64,000 nucleotides of DNA from a virus (lineage: Duplodnaviria; Caudoviricetes): the IMG/VR virus record IMGVR_UViG_3300044981_000214; one strand, given 5' to 3'. A program made the position numbers and the translations under genes. This document shows, piece after piece, positions 1-9,910 of the stretch. The notes under the pieces were generated by a model. It saw nothing but the letters and a program-made list of their open reading frames with translations, did no database searches and was not told where the DNA came from. How positions within the stretch are numbered: the stretch's first letter is position 1; each line of letters opens with the position of its first letter.

Positions 1-57
1 ACATCAGCAGCCGCAGCAGCAGCAGCCGCAACATCAGCAGCAGCCGCAGCAGCCGAT
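1..57. repeat. Low-complexity (GCA/GCC)n repeat at the window edge
   Basis: ACATCAGCAGCC-type units; reads as poly-Ala in frame with the ORF at 79, or as a Gln/Pro-rich C-terminus ending at TAG 65-67. Confidence 0.6.
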
Positions 58-78
58 ACTAATCTAGGACCTTTTTTT

Positions 79-942
79 ATGTCTACCAAGAACCTCTCTC
101 GAACCGTCATCGAAGGCGGTCGGACGAACTCCAACAAGGGTGATCGTCGTGGGTCCAATGTCGATTATCGTGCGCAGTCACGTGCGTTTTGCAACGACAT
201 CAAGGACCTGAACGACTTTGACGACGCGGGCTCTACCCCTCGCCGTAGACCTGTCTCGAAGGACTTCAATGACAAGCTCGGCCCAATGTATCGATGGCTC
301 AGATCACAGGCTGGTAAGTCTTGGCGAGCCGTCTATAGCGAGCTGATCACCAAGTTTGATACGCGTACGACCGCTGGCCGACACGTCGTCTTCAGCCATA
401 TGCTCAGCGATGTTACGGTCAAGCTGTCAGCGGTCGAGCACCGGCTAGGTTATCGAGATTTCTTTGTGGATAAGCGCGGTATTCTGCGTATGCGCGAGTC
501 CAATCGTTGGACGCGCAAGAGCTGGCGTAGGCAGCATTCCGGCATTGGCCGTGTCGAGATCGATAAGTGGACTAACGGACGTTACGTTTTGGATCTGGGG
601 TATTCATTGTTCTGGATGGAACCTCGCACTGTTAGTTGGGTCGAGTGCAACTTGAAGTGGTGTGACAAGTGGTATCATCGGGAAGTTACTAAGCGTACGG
701 CTGTGGGCGACTCCAGCAAGTTGCTTGGCATCGAGAAGGCCGAACTGCACAAAGAAATGCATGACGGTAGGTATGTCTATTATCGCGATAGGATCGTCAA
801 GCAGCACGCTGTCTACAGCACCAAGTTCAAGCAGGGCGCTCGACTGAGCGAGAGCGACATGAAGATGTGGAGGAAACTGACGGCTGATCAGCAGAACGAT
901 CTGCGTTGGGGAGCACCAGGTTGGCGAGACCGGCGAGAATAG
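79..942 (+). CDS. Conserved hypothetical basic protein
   Basis: 287-aa ORF; FNDKLGPMYRWLRSQAGKSWRAVYSEL block resembles a widespread uncharacterised family. Confidence 0.75.
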   Translation: MSTKNLSRTVIEGGRTNSNKGDRRGSNVDYRAQSRAFCNDIKDLNDFDDAGSTPRRRPVSKDFNDKLGPMYRWLRSQAGKSWRAVYSELITKFDTRTTAGRHVVFSHMLSDVTVKLSAVEHRLGYRDFFVDKRGILRMRESNRWTRKSWRRQHSGIGRVEIDKWTNGRYVLDLGYSLFWMEPRTVSWVECNLKWCDKWYHREVTKRTAVGDSSKLLGIEKAELHKEMHDGRYVYYRDRIVKQHAVYSTKFKQGARLSESDMKMWRKLTADQQNDLRWGAPGWRDRRE

Positions 943-956
943 AATTGGTTTAATGA

Positions 957-1223
957 GTGAGTAGACTTGATTATTCCACATTGTCGGCGTTGCAAGCGTT
1001 GCGTTCCGTTAACGACAAACAAGCAGATGTATTAGCATTTGAAGTTTTGGCAGAAACTACCGTCCCATGGCTCCTACTAAGTACTTCCTTTTTTAACAAT
1101 CCTGTTTACCTGATTTACTACGAACACAAGGACACCACCAAAACACTTATCTATGAGATATATCAGGACAAGATCTTGCTGTGTACATATAACCCCTTTA
1201 AGCGTATTCGATTATCGGTATGA
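957..1223 (+). CDS. Hypothetical protein, paralog of 1424..1702
   Basis: Shares ALQAL..V....AD..A and Y.IY.D.I.L motifs with 1424..1702. Confidence 0.6.
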   Translation: MSRLDYSTLSALQALRSVNDKQADVLAFEVLAETTVPWLLLSTSFFNNPVYLIYYEHKDTTKTLIYEIYQDKILLCTYNPFKRIRLSV

Positions 1224-1229
1224 CGACAA

Positions 1230-1427
1230 GTGACTGAACTGCTAAATCAGTTTATCTACGCTCTTGCCGCCGAGGTCTACGATCGAATGGGACCAACTGG
1301 AGTCGATCGTTTAGGCGGGCACGCCTGGTGGAAGTGGTATCAAGCCAATCGTGAACACAACAGCGTTGAGCCGTGGTTCTATGCAATGCGCATCATGACT
1401 AAGATCGATACTGGCAATTTCTCGTGA
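1230..1427 (+). CDS. Hypothetical protein
   Basis: Tightly packed; GTGA overlap with the next gene. Confidence 0.5.
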   Translation: MTELLNQFIYALAAEVYDRMGPTGVDRLGGHAWWKWYQANREHNSVEPWFYAMRIMTKIDTGNFS

Positions 1428-1702
1428 GTGCTCTCAAAGAAAAATTGGAAGCGCTACAGGCATTATTAGCAGTGGGTAACGTTACAGCAGATAAATTTGC
1501 TGAGAAATTAGTTACTGACGCAGGTTATGGTTGGAGGTTGATACCTAATACGTATGACGTAATAACTAGAAGTACATATGAAGTCTACTACCGACGAGGA
1601 TTAGCAGCAAACAGTGAACTTAGGTACGTGATCTATACTGACCGTATCGTGTTAGTCAACAAACTGAATCCTCTCGGACTAATTGATAAGGCAGCTCGAT
1701 AA
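1424..1702 (+). CDS. Hypothetical protein, paralog of 957..1223
   Basis: LEALQALLAVGNVTADKFA...YVIYTDRIVL. Confidence 0.6.
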   Translation: MSALKEKLEALQALLAVGNVTADKFAEKLVTDAGYGWRLIPNTYDVITRSTYEVYYRRGLAANSELRYVIYTDRIVLVNKLNPLGLIDKAAR

Positions 1703-1736
1703 GGGCAGCTATCTGCCGTCACCGTTGGAACTGCTA

Positions 1737-1973
1737 TCACCGTAAGGAGGAAAGGACATCAGCCATGATTGCTTCCTCGCCCTTAACGGTTATACGAAAT
1801 ATCTTCGGTGTAGATAACGACCCAACAACCTTGCCTGATTCTACTAGCTCCTCCATCGCCTCGAAGACTTCAGTACCGATTCCACAGTCCCGTAGCGCCT
1901 CCGCGAGCTTGAAGTAGGTCATCGGCCCACGGTCTCTCAACGCCATCAGTATGCATTTCTCGACGCTATTCAT
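1737..1973 (-). CDS. Small winged-helix-like protein
   Basis: ILMALRDRGPMTYFKLAEAL...LVESGKV...FRITVKGE wHTH pattern. Confidence 0.55.
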   Translation of the reverse strand: MNSVEKCILMALRDRGPMTYFKLAEALRDCGIGTEVFEAMEELVESGKVVGSLSTPKIFRITVKGEEAIMADVLSSLR

Positions 1974-2032
1974 ACAACCTGTGTCCTTATCTTACTGATA
2001 GATTATACTTGCGTTAGGACAACTAACGCTAG

Positions 2033-2317
2033 ATGATGACTTGTTCTTCGAAAGAAAAAATGTCGGCAGAAGAAGAGTCAATCTCGATCGATCTACGTCC
2101 CACACGTAAGCTCGGCCCGCAAGAGATAAAACCGTCGTGGGCCGTGGCCGTAGCATACCTAGACGAGCTGACTCCATGGGGCATTCTAGCTCTTCGTACA
2201 GGCATTCTCGAACTGATTCGGCAGTGTACCCATGAGATGGAAGACGACGCTGACCCGATTTTGATCATGCGACTACGTGAGCTGACAGAGGCGCTAGCAC
2301 GGTTACCTGGAGTATAG
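2033..2317 (+). CDS. Hypothetical protein
   Basis: 94-aa ORF. Confidence 0.45.
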   Translation: MMTCSSKEKMSAEEESISIDLRPTRKLGPQEIKPSWAVAVAYLDELTPWGILALRTGILELIRQCTHEMEDDADPILIMRLRELTEALARLPGV

Positions 2318-2603
2318 CGAGTGTGAAGGTAAATGAGCGGGCACTTACCGTTGATTGCCCTCGTTGTGGTGTCTCATCGGGAGAAGCCTATCAAGCAACG
2401 CATGACAAGCACGGTCTTCTGTACAGACCCAATATAAAGAAACCTCATCGTGAGCGAATCGTGGAGTCTCGCCATATTAGAGGATAATCCACCCTACACT
2501 CCAGTCGCTCATAATTTCTCTACCTAAACATTTTAGTTTGCTATTCACCCGCTTAATCGTCTGTGTAAACACTTTATTGAAGTTATTTCTGCCACTATAT
2601 CCC

Positions 2604-3296
2604 CTAGCGTGTAGATAAGAAGACGTCAAGTCGTTCTTGGCAAGTAAGGCTGCAAAGCGTACTGCGAACGGGCCCGTGTGCATATGGACTACCGTCTTCT
2701 TTTTTAATATCCTTGTGAATCGTATATAGAAGGCGATCCAACGCAACTGATGCTAACCCTCGTCTCCTATAAGCCTTGTCTATGAAAACTGAAAGCTGCG
2801 GCTCTTTAGTTAGTAAGCAGGCTGACCATCCTATAATCTTGCCGTCTTCATAGACAACCACAGCTCTAAGCTTATTTCGCTTGCACGCTAGCCAATGCTT
2901 CATGACTGAAGATGCGTTGTTCAGCGTATGTTCTGCTAACTGACCAGCCAAACTACTGTTGATCTTGTCGAAATATTTGAACGTCATTAAAGGCGAACGA
3001 TAAGATATTTTGGCTGGTAGCTGTTGGGCCTTATCTGGATAGAACTTTCGAACACACCTACGGCGCTCAAGATTACATACCCAACCAACAGAGATAGTTG
3101 TCTGGTACAAAGTCGGTAGAAACTTAAAGTCAGACAATTTATGGGCGTACTTATTCAGCCAGAACCGTTTCTTGCTAGCCCGCCCACAAATGAAGCAAAG
3201 GTCTTGTTTGGAATCTTTCGCGATAGACAACGCCAAGCCGTATGCATGAGCTGCAGAGGCAGCCTGAATGGCGTCGCGAAAGGCAGTTGTCTTCAT
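2604..3296 (-). CDS. GNAT-family acetyltransferase with N-terminal AIQAA/CxxC domain
   Basis: C-terminal VFIDKAYRRRGLASVAL acetyl-CoA binding motif A; N-terminal AIQAASAA...CFICG. Confidence 0.7.
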   Translation of the reverse strand: MKTTAFRDAIQAASAAHAYGLALSIAKDSKQDLCFICGRASKKRFWLNKYAHKLSDFKFLPTLYQTTISVGWVCNLERRRCVRKFYPDKAQQLPAKISYRSPLMTFKYFDKINSSLAGQLAEHTLNNASSVMKHWLACKRNKLRAVVVYEDGKIIGWSACLLTKEPQLSVFIDKAYRRRGLASVALDRLLYTIHKDIKKEDGSPYAHGPVRSTLCSLTCQERLDVFLSTR

Positions 3297-3305
3297 AGGA
3301 GAAGT

Positions 3306-3631
3306 CTAAACAAGACCAGGTATGTAATCAGGCCAAATTACGTTTACACATGGTCGATCTGGCGACGCACAAACCCATCCTAAAGGTTTGGTAAGTCTGC
3401 GCCTAGCCTTTGCTATACTATATTGCCTATTAGTACAGTTGAAACCTGTCATTGGCACTAGTATACACCCACACTAGTATACACCCACACTATAGTGCCA
3501 TATTTACAACGACCACATATAAAGCATAGATCTAATTTGGCATCACGTATTAGTGTGTTAGATAGATCGAACACACGCGCCGCGGAAGCAGCTCGTATTG
3601 CAGATCTAAGTTCACTACGGGTTACGCTCAT
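3306..3631 (-). pseudogene. Frameshifted paralog of the 2604..3296 N-terminal domain
   Basis: MSVTRSELRSAIRAASAA...DLCFICGR, then in another frame ...LGWVCASPDRPCVNVIWPD; broken at a 16-bp tandem repeat (3456-3492). Confidence 0.65.
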
Positions 3632-4025
3632 CGATTACGATCTCAGGTGAAGAAATCAGCTTACCGATTCCCGATTTCTCACGAAGTGCTCCTACCCAGA
3701 TCGGATCGAACACGCGCATCGTGAAATAGTCGAGTCTGTATCGACCGTCCCACCTAGCCAAACTGCAAGCGCTCTCGTCGACTATCCACCACTGAAGGCG
3801 CTTCTCTATAGCTGCTTCAGCTGCAGCGAACATAGTTATTTGATCGTATGAAGGAAATGGACAAATCGTATGTCCAGTCTGCGTGTATGCAAAGCCAATT
3901 ACACGGTCGCGGTTCTTCCAGAACGTATCCCAAAACGGCTTGTTCTCGGTCCACGCCAGAGTCAGCGGCTTAAGCCAATACAGCACACGGTTACTCGTAT
4001 CGATCAAGGCTCCAGTAGGCGTCAT
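3615..4025 (-). CDS. Degenerate JAB/MPN-like protein
   Basis: VIGFAYTQTGH...PSYDQITMFAA...WWIV resembles the JAB G-F-x-H-S-H-P...PSxxD motif with metal ligands lost. Confidence 0.45.
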   Translation of the reverse strand: MTPTGALIDTSNRVLYWLKPLTLAWTENKPFWDTFWKNRDRVIGFAYTQTGHTICPFPSYDQITMFAAAEAAIEKRLQWWIVDESACSLARWDGRYRLDYFTMRVFDPIWVGALREKSGIGKLISSPEIVIDERNP

Positions 4026-4891
4026 CTTGAACCGTCCACACTACCATCATTTCCATCATCCGGGTCCTCGTTACTAGCTACAATCTGGATTGCGTCTTCC
4101 CCGCCTTCTACAACGAGTTTCTCGGGCGCTAGCGTTATCTTCACAGGTCGCCTTACAGCCAATAACCTAGGAGGTGTTGGATGGCACAGCGACTCACGAT
4201 CGAATTCGTTCCTATCAGCGCCCATTGGAGTGTCGCTTGGGTCTGGTATGGGTGATGAGTTGAGAAACCTGTAATCGGCCTCGGTCAGATTTTCTCTGTT
4301 GGCCATCTTGGCTCGGATCGTCTGTGTCGTGACTATTTCTTCGGCCTCTCGCATAGAAATAGCTGCGTTTTCGACCAGGTGGGCAGAGCTGTTTCGATTC
4401 AGTTGGTTTAGACGTTCGCGAGCTTCGGCACGTACATTTTCTAGCTCGGGTGGATTCGAGTGCAAGCGAATCTGATCTTTGAGGTCTAGGTCTGCAAAGT
4501 TAACGCGGGGCTTGTCAAGGCTAGCCATGACGTCGTCGTAGGCTCGTGCAGCGTCTTCTGGAAATTCGAAGACACCGATTCGAATTTTCTTCGAATCCTT
4601 CGTATAAGACGCTTCCCAACGTCTTCCATAGGGGTAAACACCCTTGTACCTAAAAGTTGGCCCAGAATTCGAACGTCTTCCAACGTCGTTCGAAGTGGTC
4701 ATTGAGGGCGCTGGAGGTGTTGAAACGTTCCTAGAATCTAGGTACTCGTTGGTGATCTTTACGAATAAGTACTCGTAAATACTCATATGTAAATCTGCCG
4801 CCTTGTTCTTCAGCCAGTCTTCAGTACCTGACGGGAATCGAAAGAAGGCCAATAGTTTTGCGTCGTTAGATTCTAAGTTTTGTCGCGCCAT
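4022..4891 (-). CDS. AP2-domain DNA-binding protein
   Basis: YKGVY...RWEASY...IRIGVFEFPEDAARAYD...NF is an AP2/ERF domain. Confidence 0.85.
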   Translation of the reverse strand: MARQNLESNDAKLLAFFRFPSGTEDWLKNKAADLHMSIYEYLFVKITNEYLDSRNVSTPPAPSMTTSNDVGRRSNSGPTFRYKGVYPYGRRWEASYTKDSKKIRIGVFEFPEDAARAYDDVMASLDKPRVNFADLDLKDQIRLHSNPPELENVRAEARERLNQLNRNSSAHLVENAAISMREAEEIVTTQTIRAKMANRENLTEADYRFLNSSPIPDPSDTPMGADRNEFDRESLCHPTPPRLLAVRRPVKITLAPEKLVVEGGEDAIQIVASNEDPDDGNDGSVDGSR

Positions 4892-5010
4892 TGGATGCCT
4901 TTAGTGCTTTCGCTAGCTAGCCTGATGAAATTTGTACGTCAACTTACTAAGTCGTGCAACTGCCGATTATACGTGATTCTGTATTGTTCAGGCGTATCAA
5001 GAACTTACCT

Positions 5011-5292
5011 ACCACAACAACCACACCAACTGGATCGTCTACGTCTTGAATCATTAGTATTATCAAGTATATGTCTTCATTTTGGACCCTCTTCAGTTGT
5101 TGTGATCTTCTTTTCTTACCTTTATATAGTAACTTATATTTATTATAAAGAAAGTAGTAGAATTTAGAAGTCAGTAAGAGGAATGTAGCGCGGACCGATC
5201 ACACCAACTTTGTTGCCTTAAAACAGAGTCAAGAGCACGAAAATAAACAGGTAAGTGCTACTAGATCATCTAGTTGTTGTGGTTGTTGTGGT
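5011..5292. promoter_or_regulatory. Origin-like region: nested inverted repeats around an AT-rich core
   Basis: 25-nt IR 5011-5035/5268-5292 (2 mismatches); 13-nt IR 5095-5107/5197-5209 (1 mismatch); AT-rich 5108-5170. Confidence 0.5.
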
Positions 5293-5343
5293 CAGCAAAC
5301 TACTGTATTGGCTAAAGAATCAGCAAATTGGCTTTACGCGTCA

Positions 5344-6036
5344 TCAAGGATCTCTTACCAACCGCCGTGCAAAGTCGGGAGCACCGGCGCTAATAGCTGC
5401 CTGGAAGGCCTCCAAAAGCTCGTCATCGACACCAGGCACCGGAAGTCGCCCAGCAGCCACGCAGAATCTCCACGCTCGTTCTATGGGCCCTGACGACCCA
5501 AGAGACATCCCTTGTCGGACGTGCTCAAGCTCGGCCTGGCGTATAGCTGATCCAATTGGATGGAGGTCATTTATTTCTATAGTCCAGCTTGAAGCTGCAG
5601 CCTTCTCGATTGCAAGAACCGCGTGCCAAGCTAGCCGAGCTGCTGAGACATACCTAGGCCAGACGTAGCGCATGCTGGCCATCAACTCTTCCCGCAAATC
5701 TTCAAAAGGCGCCATCTCCCACGTTGTCGGCCAGCAAATTCCGGTCAAGTTAAAGTCTTCACCCACAAATGGCGTAATTGCGTTGCGTGCTTCCTTCGCT
5801 AGCCAGAAGGCGTCCGAAACCTGTTGACCTTCGATACCAAATTTAGACAGCTCGGGCACACCGGTGTAGGCACGTACAGCGTTCAAAGCCATTGTCATAG
5901 CTTGATCGAAGCCTTTGGGCGCTCTGCGTCTTGGCTTAGCAGCATGCATCCTGATGGCTATGCCCATCAGGACGCCAATAGGTTCACGAATGTCGAACCA
6001 AGGGTCACGCGTGAACGGAGAAAGAATTTCGTTCAC
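5344..6036 (-). CDS. Hypothetical protein with C-terminal QAAISAG motif
   Basis: 230-aa ORF; GTGA overlap with the upstream gene. Confidence 0.65.
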   Translation of the reverse strand: MNEILSPFTRDPWFDIREPIGVLMGIAIRMHAAKPRRRAPKGFDQAMTMALNAVRAYTGVPELSKFGIEGQQVSDAFWLAKEARNAITPFVGEDFNLTGICWPTTWEMAPFEDLREELMASMRYVWPRYVSAARLAWHAVLAIEKAAASSWTIEINDLHPIGSAIRQAELEHVRQGMSLGSSGPIERAWRFCVAAGRLPVPGVDDELLEAFQAAISAGAPDFARRLVRDP

Positions 6037-6407
6037 TTGAGACGGACTCTTGGAAGAATATCAACCGGCGTGTCGGCATCATCGCCCCACTGGTCAGCGA
6101 TCAGGTCGTCAGCGACTGCATCAGGGAGCACAGTTAATACTGTCAGACGACTTACCTTGGCGCCAGATATTGTCAGCGCGTGGGCATTGGCTAATGCCTC
6201 ACGATCGTACGCAGCTAGCAAGATGCCGGACGCATCAACAATAAAAACAGCATTTTCGGGAGGCATCAATTGCATCGTACCGCTAAGGCTGACCGACCAC
6301 AAGCGCGGCGCGTCACTTAGGCCTTCGGCGATTTGGCTGATGTACGGCGTGAAACGGTCCGACCAAGTCACGAGTGATGCGCCAAGTAAATAATTTCTTA
6401 CAGGCAT
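6033..6407 (-). CDS. Hypothetical protein
   Basis: 124-aa ORF coupled to 5344..6036. Confidence 0.55.
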   Translation of the reverse strand: MPVRNYLLGASLVTWSDRFTPYISQIAEGLSDAPRLWSVSLSGTMQLMPPENAVFIVDASGILLAAYDREALANAHALTISGAKVSRLTVLTVLPDAVADDLIADQWGDDADTPVDILPRVRLK

Positions 6408-6510
6408 AAGATCCGTAAGAGACTGCGGCTAAAGAAAAATTTACGAGTCTCGAAAGAATAGTTGCTAATGCTCGCACAAATCTATTGCCAAAGGCGTATA
6501 GCTGTATTAC

Positions 6511-6951
6511 ATGGAACGTACGATGACTCTGAATACACAACTCACTAAGACAGTTAAGACGTTCGCTACGGAGCTGGCAGCTTTGCTTACAGCTGACTTG
6601 GAGACCAAGGTCCTCAAGGCGAGCAAGAATTTTTCTAAGGGCCAAGTTGGACACGGTGCTGCCAAGCGCGGTCCAGGCCGTCCTCGGAAGACTGATGCCG
6701 AGAAGGCCTCAAACGGAGCGGCTAACGGCCATGCGAAGAATGGTACCAAGCGTGACCCGGCTGCGCTACAGGAGCTGCAGAACAAGTTCATCGAGTATAT
6801 TACTCGTGAGCCTAATCAGCGCGCAGAACAAATTTCAAAGGCGTTGGGTGTTTCGAGCAAGGACCTAATGTTGCCTGTTAGGAAGCTTGTTGCCTCGGGC
6901 GCTGTGAAGACTCGTGGGAATAAGCGTGCCACAACGTATTCCGTAGCATAA
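6511..6951 (+). CDS. AT-hook/winged-helix nucleoid-like DNA-binding protein
   Basis: KRGPGRPRK AT-hook; C-terminal RAEQISKALG...LPVRKLV..G.VKTRGNKRATTY. Confidence 0.75.
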   Translation: MERTMTLNTQLTKTVKTFATELAALLTADLETKVLKASKNFSKGQVGHGAAKRGPGRPRKTDAEKASNGAANGHAKNGTKRDPAALQELQNKFIEYITREPNQRAEQISKALGVSSKDLMLPVRKLVASGAVKTRGNKRATTYSVA

Positions 6952-7165
6952 ATTGTCTCATAGCTGGTATCCGCACCACACTTCACGGCCGATCTGCGGC
7001 CGTTGTGGATTATTACGGCTAAGAAATACAGTTAGTGAAGCTGCAGCACGATCCCGGTGTCCTGGCAAAGACGATGATTAGAATTGTTGCGACATGCGAC
7101 TGTGATCATCCAATCTACATCAAGATGCGCTAGTACCAAATTCATTAGATGCGAGCGTTGACGTT

Positions 7166-7384
7166 TTGTCTCGGGTAACGGTAAACCGTTACTATACCTA
7201 TGCTCTAGGTGTACCGACAACGGTTGAAGATGCTACACGTTGGCAGTATAAGGTCGAGCTTGTCTCCCATGAGGACGACAAAGAAAATCCTCCAGCAAAG
7301 ACGCCCGAAGAGTGCGTAACCCAACTCGTGGCCAAGTTGCGAAAGCTAGCTGATGATCTTGATGAGGGTCTAAAGAGCCCGTAA
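7166..7384 (+). CDS. Hypothetical protein
   Basis: 72-aa ORF. Confidence 0.45.
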   Translation: MSRVTVNRYYTYALGVPTTVEDATRWQYKVELVSHEDDKENPPAKTPEECVTQLVAKLRKLADDLDEGLKSP

Positions 7385-7419
7385 ATTTTCAAAAATCGTG
7401 AAGTCCTGGTGTCGCTCCG

Positions 7420-7671
7420 GTGTGCACGCTTGACCTTACTTCACGAATTAAGCCCCGAACAAGGACTATGCTGGCAAAGTACATCGTTAACCGACTTGAG
7501 AAGGGTTATTGCTGCGATGCGCAGAAATCTATTCAGCTGCAAGTAACCGAGCGAATCGAACGTTATCGATATGATCGTGGTAAAGAAGATGCATTGAACG
7601 GTGAGCCTCCAACCGAGGGTTCAGACGCCTATCTGAAAGGATATAATGCAGTTACGAGGACGCCAAAGTAA
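7420..7671 (+). CDS. Hypothetical protein
   Basis: YDRGKEDA...AYLKGY helical repeat typical of small phage proteins. Confidence 0.5.
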   Translation: MCTLDLTSRIKPRTRTMLAKYIVNRLEKGYCCDAQKSIQLQVTERIERYRYDRGKEDALNGEPPTEGSDAYLKGYNAVTRTPK

Positions 7672-7847
7672 ATGCTAGACACTATAATCATCATTGTTCA
7701 GTCGATAGTCATCTATATTAACTACAAGAGACTTGGAAGTTTCTACATTGTCAATTTCTGCGTCTGGCCATTAGGGCTGCTTGCAGAATTGATTACGGGT
7801 GAGAAGAACTTCCCACCCGACAGACCGTTTCATAGTCGATCCTAAAA

Positions 7848-8366
7848 ATGTTTTCTCCAGAAGATCAGGCTGCGATCAATCACCACAAGTCACGGTTGCG
7901 CGTAACTAGAGATCCTTGTCGAAATACCCTCCTGGTTACACGACTGCCGCATCATACTTGGATGCTATTCAGTTATGATAAAGACGATTGCAGAATAGAT
8001 AAAAAAGTACAGATTATTGTACTAGCTGTATCGTCAAATATTACCTACAACGATTGCATAACAGGTGCACCTGGACCTCCATGGACAGCAATAAATGCTG
8101 CATGGGATGTTGCTCAAGAAGCTTTAGAGAATATCAGTCAAGTTCCTGCTGTGTACAAATTACCCTTCAAAAAAGGCGATTCAAATTACGGCGTGCCTAA
8201 GCAGCGTATGACGAGTGGTGTAGCGCTTGTCTTAGCGGCTCAAGATCGAATCGACAGGTTTGGAGGCCTTACCGATGATCGAGGAAGGATACAAGGCGAG
8301 GGACGCCTTACCAGCGAAGAACGTAAGGTAATTGAACGGCGTAAACGTGGTTTAATAGTATTGTGA
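7848..8366 (+). CDS. Hypothetical protein
   Basis: 172-aa ORF. Confidence 0.55.
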   Translation: MFSPEDQAAINHHKSRLRVTRDPCRNTLLVTRLPHHTWMLFSYDKDDCRIDKKVQIIVLAVSSNITYNDCITGAPGPPWTAINAAWDVAQEALENISQVPAVYKLPFKKGDSNYGVPKQRMTSGVALVLAAQDRIDRFGGLTDDRGRIQGEGRLTSEERKVIERRKRGLIVL

Positions 8367-8369
8367 TCA

Positions 8370-8612
8370 ATGTACAAACCTAGACGATGCATGCTGTGCG
8401 GTGGCACTATCAAGTTGAAGATTTGGCTTTTGGTAAAGTCGGTGCAGCAAGAAATTTCTATCCCGACTTGTGATCAGTGCAATGAAGAATGGATAGATGC
8501 AGATACCGCTGAGGCGTTAGACAAGCTAGATTCAAAGGCTTTAGCTGAACTTGCTGATCAGCAATTTCTTGAGTTTGCTGGAAAACACGCGGCTGGCATT
8601 GAAGCGAAATGA
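8370..8612 (+). CDS. YgiT/MqsA-type zinc-ribbon protein
   Basis: CMLCGG...IPTCDQCNEEWIDADTAEALD. Confidence 0.65.
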   Translation: MYKPRRCMLCGGTIKLKIWLLVKSVQQEISIPTCDQCNEEWIDADTAEALDKLDSKALAELADQQFLEFAGKHAAGIEAK

Positions 8613-8784
8613 GGTCTTTATGAAATGGGACGCGAACTGGACCCCGGCGGGTGCTCGTTGGTACGACTGGGTATTGACTGTTGGAGTACTTGTACTGGCG
8701 ATGCCTATTTGGATTCCAAAGCGAATCTATTGGGAGATTTTTCACCCAGAGAAGAACGACCCGTGATCAGCTACGTTTCAATCA

Positions 8785-9366
8785 ATGACCGCTAGTAAAG
8801 CCCACCGTCAACGCCGTCATAGAGGTTGTTGGGTTTGTGGCAAGCGATTCATCAAAGACCATTCTCTATCGACAGCGTTGCGTCACACCTGCCAAGAATG
8901 TTTAGAAGGCAGGGCACTGCTCCTGTCTATCACGCTTGACACCTTTTTCTTGATAGTTGATGGCTCATTCGTCCCATGGAACGGTGAACGCGATGCTAGG
9001 ACTAACGGTGCAGCAGGTGCAGGTCTGGTGCTGGTGAATTCCACCACAAACGAAATTGTAGCGAAGCGGTCGTGCGGCTTTGAAGCTCGGCATAGCAACG
9101 ACGCCGAACGGCAAGCCGTGATAAGAGGCGCCAGGTGGATCCCAGGTGTTGTGATCTATACTGATTCTGAAGGGATGATCACCAAGCTTCTTAACGAGAC
9201 CTTAAGGGATATCAGGTTCCTGCCAAGACCGTGGAGAGGCCTACATACTTACGGAATTGCGCATCAGTTGAGCGTTCAGGGTCGGAAGCAATTTCAGCTG
9301 TTGACAATGTCTGGTGCGTGCGATAAAACTAATGAGCGTCATGATCTCCCAGTTTCGATTGCTTAG
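8785..9366 (+). CDS. RNase H-like protein with N-terminal zinc finger
   Basis: VDGS...GAGLVL...SNDAE..AV..G...IYTDS...AHQLS catalytic pattern; CxxC..CxxC. Confidence 0.75.
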   Translation: MTASKAHRQRRHRGCWVCGKRFIKDHSLSTALRHTCQECLEGRALLLSITLDTFFLIVDGSFVPWNGERDARTNGAAGAGLVLVNSTTNEIVAKRSCGFEARHSNDAERQAVIRGARWIPGVVIYTDSEGMITKLLNETLRDIRFLPRPWRGLHTYGIAHQLSVQGRKQFQLLTMSGACDKTNERHDLPVSIA

Positions 9367-9368
9367 CT

Positions 9369-9400
9369 GCCTACGATTATCTGAATAGATGATCGTAGGT
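9369..9400 (+). terminator. Strong hairpin upstream of the tRNA array
   Basis: GCCTACGATTATCT-GAAT-AGATGATCGTAGGT followed by GTTTGTTT. Confidence 0.5.
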
Positions 9401-9428
9401 GTTTGTTTATAACTGGTAAGTAGATCAA

Positions 9429-9510
9429 GCGCTGTTGGCGGAACGTTTACGCAGATGCCTTAAAAGCATCCAGTCGAAAGACTATACGAGTGCGAGTCTC
9501 GTACAGCGCA
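9429..9510 (+). tRNA. tRNA-Leu(TAA)
   Basis: Cloverleaf; GATGC-cttaaaa-GCATC; long variable arm. Confidence 0.9.
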
Positions 9511-9515
9511 CGTGA

Positions 9516-9600
9516 GCGGTAGTGGTGAAATAGGAAAACACACGGATTTCAAACATCCGCGGACGATGAGTCCTTGCAGTTTCGAGTACTGCCTGCCGCA
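9516..9600 (+). tRNA. tRNA-Leu(CAA)
   Basis: CGGAT-ttcaaac-ATCCG; long variable arm. Confidence 0.9.
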
Positions 9601-9626
9601 CGAAAATTGAAAACTGAATAACAAAT

Positions 9627-9710
9627 GCAGCTGTGTTGGAATTGGTATACAAACGAGAATGAGAGTCTCGTGGGCGAAAGCTCGTGCACGTTCAAATCGT
9701 GTCAGCTGCA
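9627..9710 (+). tRNA. tRNA-Leu(GAG)
   Basis: CGAGA-atgagag-TCTCG; long variable arm. Confidence 0.9.
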
Positions 9711-9720
9711 CTTAGTTTAT

Positions 9721-9806
9721 GCAGGAGTGGCGAAATAGGAAAACGCACACCGTTCAGAGCGGTGCGGACGATGAGTCCTTGAAGGTTCGAGACCTTTTCT
9801 CCTGTA
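9721..9806 (+). tRNA. tRNA-Leu(CAG)
   Basis: CACCG-ttcagag-CGGTG; long variable arm. Confidence 0.9.
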
Positions 9807-9815
9807 CGATATAAT

Positions 9816-9897
9816 GGGCAAATGGTGAAACTGGTATACACGCTAGTCTTAGGAACTGGTGACGAAAGTCGTGCGGGTTCGACTCCCGCTTTGCCCA
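9816..9897 (+). tRNA. tRNA-Leu(TAG)
   Basis: CTAGT-cttagga-ACTGG; long variable arm. Confidence 0.92.
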
Positions 9898-9910
9898 CAA
9901 TTTTTTTTTT

